DNA of 64,000 nucleotides from a virus (Duplodnaviria; Heunggongvirae; Uroviricota; Caudoviricetes): IMG/VR virus record IMGVR_UViG_3300022562_000399; one strand, 5' to 3'. Shown piece by piece: positions 60,133 to 64,000 of this stretch (position 1 is its first letter; each line of letters starts with the position of its first letter). The notes under the pieces were generated by a model. It saw only the letters and a program-made list of their open reading frames with translations, ran no database searches and was not told where the DNA came from. The position numbers and the translations under genes were made by a program.

Positions 60133-60525
60133 TCATTTCAGGATCGCCGCCTTCAGCTCGTCGGTCAGCTCCTTCAGAGCCGCAACGACTGCTGTGTAGT
60201 CGCCGTCTACTACGCCGTCTCCGGCCGCAATGACAACGAGGGCCTTGGCGTGCACCTTCTGCGCCTCACGGATGGCATTGACCTCTCGCGGGTCCGCGTC
60301 GGGCGGACAGACTGCGTTGGGGCAGGTCCGCTTGGCGTACTCCGTGAACAAGATCAAGGCCGAGTGATAGCCTGCCTTGGTCTCCGCCCAGACGTTGGAC
60401 GGAGTCGTCGGCGCGACCACCACAGGCGTGGGAAGCAGAGGATGGTTGGCGCCGCAGCCAGGCGTTCCCGCCATGACTCCGCACGCCAGGATCACCCCCA
60501 GCATCACGTTCGTCAATCTCTTCAT
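60133..60525 (-). CDS. Lipoprotein
   Basis: MKRLTNVMLGVILACGVMAGTPGC. Confidence 0.4.
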   Translation of the reverse strand: MKRLTNVMLGVILACGVMAGTPGCGANHPLLPTPVVVAPTTPSNVWAETKAGYHSALILFTEYAKRTCPNAVCPPDADPREVNAIREAQKVHAKALVVIAAGDGVVDGDYTAVVAALKELTDELKAAILK

Positions 60526-60534
60526 CGTTCCCTC

Positions 60535-60888
60535 CTACTTCTTTGTTTTGAATCGGCCGTACAAGGTCACGACCACGCCCGCGATCTGTAGCAGGAACGC
60601 CCAGGAAGCAGTCAGGTGTTCGATCCCCTGCCGAATGGTTTCTTTGTCAAGATCTACCCCCTGCCCCTGCGCGGCCAGAAGGCCAGCCACCGTCATGGCA
60701 ACGCCGGTGTAGGTCTTCTTCCCGTCCATGATAGCAGAGATCACGTCACCGATGGTGGGTGTGCCTTCGGGCATGACGTAACCACACGCCTTGCACCCTT
60801 GGCAGTCCAAAAAGATGGGGAGCATCTTGGTTTGGTCCTCGGGGTCCTGCACGAAGACCTTCAACTTGCCAGATCCGTCACACTGCAT
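60535..60888 (-). CDS. Holin-like small membrane protein (tentative)
   Basis: C-terminal TM segments VAMTVAGLLAAQ...WAFLLQIAGVVVTLYGRFKTKK. Adjacent to the lysis genes. Confidence 0.3.
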   Translation of the reverse strand: MQCDGSGKLKVFVQDPEDQTKMLPIFLDCQGCKACGYVMPEGTPTIGDVISAIMDGKKTYTGVAMTVAGLLAAQGQGVDLDKETIRQGIEHLTASWAFLLQIAGVVVTLYGRFKTKK

Positions 60889-61372
60889 CGTCTTCTTTCT
60901 CCTTGGTCTCCAACACGTCTTTCAGTGGAGACCCTACAACCTCGTCGATGGCCCTGGCCAAGTCCTCGAACTCGTACGCGATGGCGTAGAGACTCTGCCC
61001 GATGTTTCCCAGCACGTTGCGCACGCGGAGGATCGTTTCCATCGAGCCGTCAATGACCCGGTCGTCAGCGGGTTCGTCTGTACGGCGCGCAGCCGCTCGT
61101 AGAACTTCCTCCAGTGTACCACCCTCGTCGTACACCTCGCGAGCCTTGTCGGCAGCGTTCGAGTGTTGCTTGACTTGCCGGTATAGGCCGAAGACGTTAG
61201 CGAGAAGACCGCCGCTTGATCTTCCCGAAGAGCCACCCGAAGATTCCGGTGAGGGGGACGACAACTCGCCCGTCGTCTTTGTTCTGACCTTTCTCCCACT
61301 CAGGTCTTTCATCTGGAGCCTCCTGGCCAGGCTCGTAGTTCTTCCACCGATCCCAGGGCCCGCGCTTTTTCA

Positions 61373-61678
61373 TCAGTGCCCAATCCGATCCTGTTCATCC
61401 AACTTGCCCTTGATCTGATTCAACCGTTCCAACACTTTTTCGTTGACGGTGCGCTGCTCTCGCCACCTCTCTTGCGTGCGAGTGTCCAACCGATTCTGTG
61501 TTGCTTCGATGCTTTGAAGCCTAGCTTCGATCACACTCTTACTTGGGTGTATGTCCTCGTTCTTCACGTGACTTGCCAGCGCATAGTGAGAAGCGCCAAG
61601 ACTAAACGCGAAAGTCAAAGAGGAGACCAACCCAATGCCAAGGATTGACAGAATCATCTTGGTGGTGGAAGATGGCAT
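61373..61678 (-). CDS. TM + coiled-coil protein (i-spanin-like, tentative)
   Basis: MPSSTTKMILSILGIGLVSSLTFAF, then a coiled-coil. ATGA overlap with the SLT gene. Confidence 0.3.
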   Translation of the reverse strand: MPSSTTKMILSILGIGLVSSLTFAFSLGASHYALASHVKNEDIHPSKSVIEARLQSIEATQNRLDTRTQERWREQRTVNEKVLERLNQIKGKLDEQDRIGH

Positions 61679-61679
61679 C

Positions 61680-62282
61680 TCACGCTCCTTTCCAAAAACG
61701 CTTGATGCGCTCGATGTAGTCGAAGGTCTCTTTGGGTGCATACGTAAGCCACGAGTCCCCGTGCTTCTCCAAGCAGCGAGTCATGTTGCCGATGCCCCAA
61801 TTGTAGGCTGCCCACGCCTTCTCGATGTTGCCAGAGATCACCCCGCGCTCCAGCAGCCAACGCATGTACTTGGCTCCGGCGCGAATGTTCGCACGAGGCT
61901 CGAAGATGTCTTGGCCCGCCGCCCACTCGTTCCACGTTGCGGGCATGAACTGCATGAGTCCCTTGGCACCGACCTTCGACACCGCTTCCGGGTTCATGGC
62001 CGACTCCGCCATGGCTTGCGCCTTCAATGCCGTCCAGTGTATGGGCGTCCGTTGCGCAGCGACTTCCTCCCGAAAGATGAAGTCGAACCGATCCCGGTAG
62101 GACGAGCCTTTCGGAACTTCTGGGGCCAATGGATTGGACACCACCACTTTGATCTCTGGTCGGACCACCGTATCCGGCTTGGTCACGCGCTCGAAGCCTT
62201 GGGGAACTTCAACAGGCTGGGGCTTCTTCCACCGGCGCCCAGCCTTGCACATGCCTCTCAGCCTTTCGATGATCGACCGCAC
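61680..62282 (-). CDS. Soluble lytic transglycosylase (SLT-domain endolysin candidate)
   Basis: AMAESAMNPEAVSKVGAKGLMQFMPATW...AYNWG. Confidence 0.7.
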   Translation of the reverse strand: MRSIIERLRGMCKAGRRWKKPQPVEVPQGFERVTKPDTVVRPEIKVVVSNPLAPEVPKGSSYRDRFDFIFREEVAAQRTPIHWTALKAQAMAESAMNPEAVSKVGAKGLMQFMPATWNEWAAGQDIFEPRANIRAGAKYMRWLLERGVISGNIEKAWAAYNWGIGNMTRCLEKHGDSWLTYAPKETFDYIERIKRFWKGA

Positions 62283-62295
62283 CTACCTACTCCTG

Positions 62296-62925
62296 CTACT
62301 CCTGGCAGTACACGTCCACCGTGACGACAGTGTCTCCGGAGTTGGCCGCCAGCCCCGTGGCTTGGAACTTGAGGTACGGTCCGTGCTTGGTGTCGGTCCA
62401 CTCGATGGGTACCCACGAGTTGAGCGTGCCAGTCGTATCCGCGACCAGATCCGTGTGAGTGGTATACGCCTCACACGTTCCCGTAGCATTGCAAAGGGCA
62501 TACTCCAGCGTGACTTCTTGGTTACAGGCACCGGTCTGAGCCCCGGAGCAACATGGTGCGGGATCATTCGAGTCTGTACACGAGGCGTCGCAGGTGCCAG
62601 CCCCAGAGCCAGTGCAGCATGAGTAAGGATCGGCAGACGCCGTGCACTCAGCATCGCAGTTTCCAGTCCCAACCCCTGTGCAGCAGGTGGTTAACTCGGC
62701 GGGAGCACCAACGCAATCGCTTTCGTCCTCGGTAGCCGCCACCGAATAGGCGAAGGCTACGGGGATGCCCCGACATGGCGTCAGGTCTACGAGCGAGGAC
62801 GTAGCCGTCCCCGTACCGACCACCGGGCCTATGGTGGTCTGCCGTTGGTACAGACCAGCGTAGGAGGTGGAGGCTATGGTGGCAGCCGCCAGAACTGCAC
62901 AAAACAGAGAAAACGTCTTCTTCAT
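62296..62925 (-). CDS. Secreted Cys-rich protein with 3 tandem CC-x-G-x-G-x-G-x-C-D-x-x-C repeats
   Basis: Signal MKKTFSLFCAVLAAATIAS. Repeats CCTGVGTGNCDAEC, CCTGSGAGTCDASC and CCSGAQTGACNQE. Confidence 0.45.
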   Translation of the reverse strand: MKKTFSLFCAVLAAATIASTSYAGLYQRQTTIGPVVGTGTATSSLVDLTPCRGIPVAFAYSVAATEDESDCVGAPAELTTCCTGVGTGNCDAECTASADPYSCCTGSGAGTCDASCTDSNDPAPCCSGAQTGACNQEVTLEYALCNATGTCEAYTTHTDLVADTTGTLNSWVPIEWTDTKHGPYLKFQATGLAANSGDTVVTVDVYCQE

Positions 62926-62979
62926 GGGAGTCTCCTACTCGTTGGCCGTTGTGGTGCCAGTATACCACCCAGCTTGAAA

Positions 62980-64000
62980 TTAGGGGCAAATCGAGATCGT
63001 CGCCTGGCACCCGTTACCCTCGGTCCCGTTCGAGAACGTAAACGTCGTCGTAGAGTCTCCAGTCGCACCCTGCACAGCTTTCGACATGGCGTACAGACCA
63101 ATGCACCCACCGTTGTTTCGGTTCGTGCAATCGTTAATCTGACTGCCCCAATCGTCCACAAGATTCCCGTTCACCCAGTTGGCAAAATTGTCGTTCGAGT
63201 TCGTGTCTGCCGAGTCACTTGCGGCCAGCAAGACCAGGCAATTGTTGGCCCCAGTGTTCAAGCCCGTTGCAACGAGCGACGTGGTGCCAACGTGCGTGCT
63301 TGTGACGTAGGTAGGAGTGCCGGTCCACGAACCACTATCGACTCCCATGATTCGGCAAATCTGGTGATTTCCAGCATTCCCAAACGACGCACTTCCTTCC
63401 GACGCCCCGGCAGTCTTATAGGCAACGCCCAAACGACTCCCAGACGATCCTGTACCACCAGCACAATTGAACAGCTCCGTGTAACTGCTCCCCCAGACAA
63501 AGGTTCCAGACGCATCCGTCTCGCACACCGCGATCAACAAGTCGCCAGACACCGTTGGATTGGGAACACTCGGGGACACACTACCAGCTCCGAAGGAAGC
63601 GTTCCCAGTCCCACTAATCGGAGGCACCCCAGGAGGAAGGGTCGTCGTGCTCGTCGAAGTTGTCGTAGTGGTCTGCGTGGGCCACTCGGCGTGTGTACCA
63701 CCCACATCACAGTACCGATACTCACAGTCCACATTGGACGTACACGGGATGCCACGGATGCCTTGCGTGCAGACATCCGGGTCTGGCGTCGTGTCACAGT
63801 AGCCGTTGCTCTTGGCTGGCTGCTCGTGCAGGCACTTGTCAATCTGATCCACGTACAACGAGTAACCAAGAGAAGACGGGTGGATTCGATCCGTCATCAG
63901 TTCAGTTGAACTGTACCCAGACGCAGAGAACGCCTCTTGAAAGTCGATGTAGTTGTACCGATTGTCACGAAGGTACTTGAGCATCGCTGCTCGATACGCC
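62980..64000 (-). CDS. Partial ORF (5' end beyond window). It carries an SGNH-hydrolase C-terminal block, a Thr-rich linker and a Gly/Ser/Thr-rich C-terminal domain. Candidate tail fibre/depolymerase or secreted esterase
   Basis: DRIHPSSLGYSLYV (SGNH block V). Linker TQTTTTTSTSTTT. The frame is open to 64000. Confidence 0.4.
   Translation of the reverse strand, partial: AYRAAMLKYLRDNRYNYIDFQEAFSASGYSSTELMTDRIHPSSLGYSLYVDQIDKCLHEQPAKSNGYCDTTPDPDVCTQGIRGIPCTSNVDCEYRYCDVGGTHAEWPTQTTTTTSTSTTTLPPGVPPISGTGNASFGAGSVSPSVPNPTVSGDLLIAVCETDASGTFVWGSSYTELFNCAGGTGSSGSRLGVAYKTAGASEGSASFGNAGNHQICRIMGVDSGSWTGTPTYVTSTHVGTTSLVATGLNTGANNCLVLLAASDSADTNSNDNFANWVNGNLVDDWGSQINDCTNRNNGGCIGLYAMSKAVQGATGDSTTTFTFSNGTEGNGCQATISICP

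Noticed and set aside
1-64000. Prophage integration module (integrase, attP, repressor) and CRISPR arrays
   Set aside because: No tyrosine or serine recombinase motifs were seen in any frame, and there are no direct-repeat/spacer arrays. The only tRNA-like sequence is atypical. The region reads as a virulent-type phage genome segment.

Overview
This window is a high-GC (~62%) tailed-phage genome segment in which essentially every credible gene is on the minus strand, so transcription runs from high to low coordinates. Plus-strand ORFs are R/G/H/L-rich antisense artefacts. Many minus-strand starts are GTG/TTG, and many abut or overlap the upstream stop (GTGA, ATGA, TAATG). Read from coordinate 64000 downward, the modules are as follows.

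1. A partial SGNH-hydrolase/Thr-rich ORF and a secreted Cys-repeat protein.
2. A lysis-like cassette: SLT lytic transglycosylase, TM/coiled-coil spanin-like protein, holin-like protein, lipoprotein.
3. Small genes and a classical AAA ATPase.
4. A replication/recombination module: winged-helix protein, DnaB helicase, DnaG-type primase, gp32/gp2.5-like SSB with acidic tail, SF2 DEAH helicase, HTH, RecA/UvsX, Hjc-like nuclease, Cas4-like PD-(D/E)xK nuclease, RuvC resolvase.
5. A long run of small ORFs including a histone-fold protein.
6. A calcineurin-type metallophosphoesterase and HTH regulators.
7. An accessory island of lipoproteins, TM proteins, zinc ribbons, an SPFH protein, a nucleoside-2-deoxyribosyltransferase-like protein, a HAD protein and a DEDDh exonuclease.
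8. TerS and TerL, followed by a dockerin-like secreted protein and an intrinsic terminator.
9. An HD hydrolase and ThyX.
10. A large His/Cys-rich repeat protein.
11. A phosphotransfer cassette: a truncated PPDK-like enzyme flanked by two paralogous CX5R Cys-phosphatases.
12. A clamp-like protein, family A DNA polymerase with 3'-5' exonuclease, a sulfotransferase and a putative portal.
13. A very large gene running off the window at position 1. From N- to C-terminus it has a MuF head-morphogenesis domain (HPLCRC motif), a P-loop kinase domain (Walker A GGGSGAGKSS) and tandem C3/VIP2/Alt-type ADP-ribosyltransferase domains (R / STS / ExE).

Two repeated non-coding signals stand out. One is a family of >20 near-identical minus-strand promoters (gtagggcTTGACA-N17-TAnnnT, often TACCTTGAAGGTG). 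The other is a palindromic 16-mer, TTGCAACTATCTGCAA, with at least 8 exact copies of its 10-mer core. A tRNA-like element with a T-arm, acceptor 3' strand and CCA sits in an intergenic gap at ~36.6 kb. No integrase, attP or CRISPR was found. The most notable candidates for novel biology are the MuF-kinase-ART effector and the PPDK-like / dual-phosphatase cassette.
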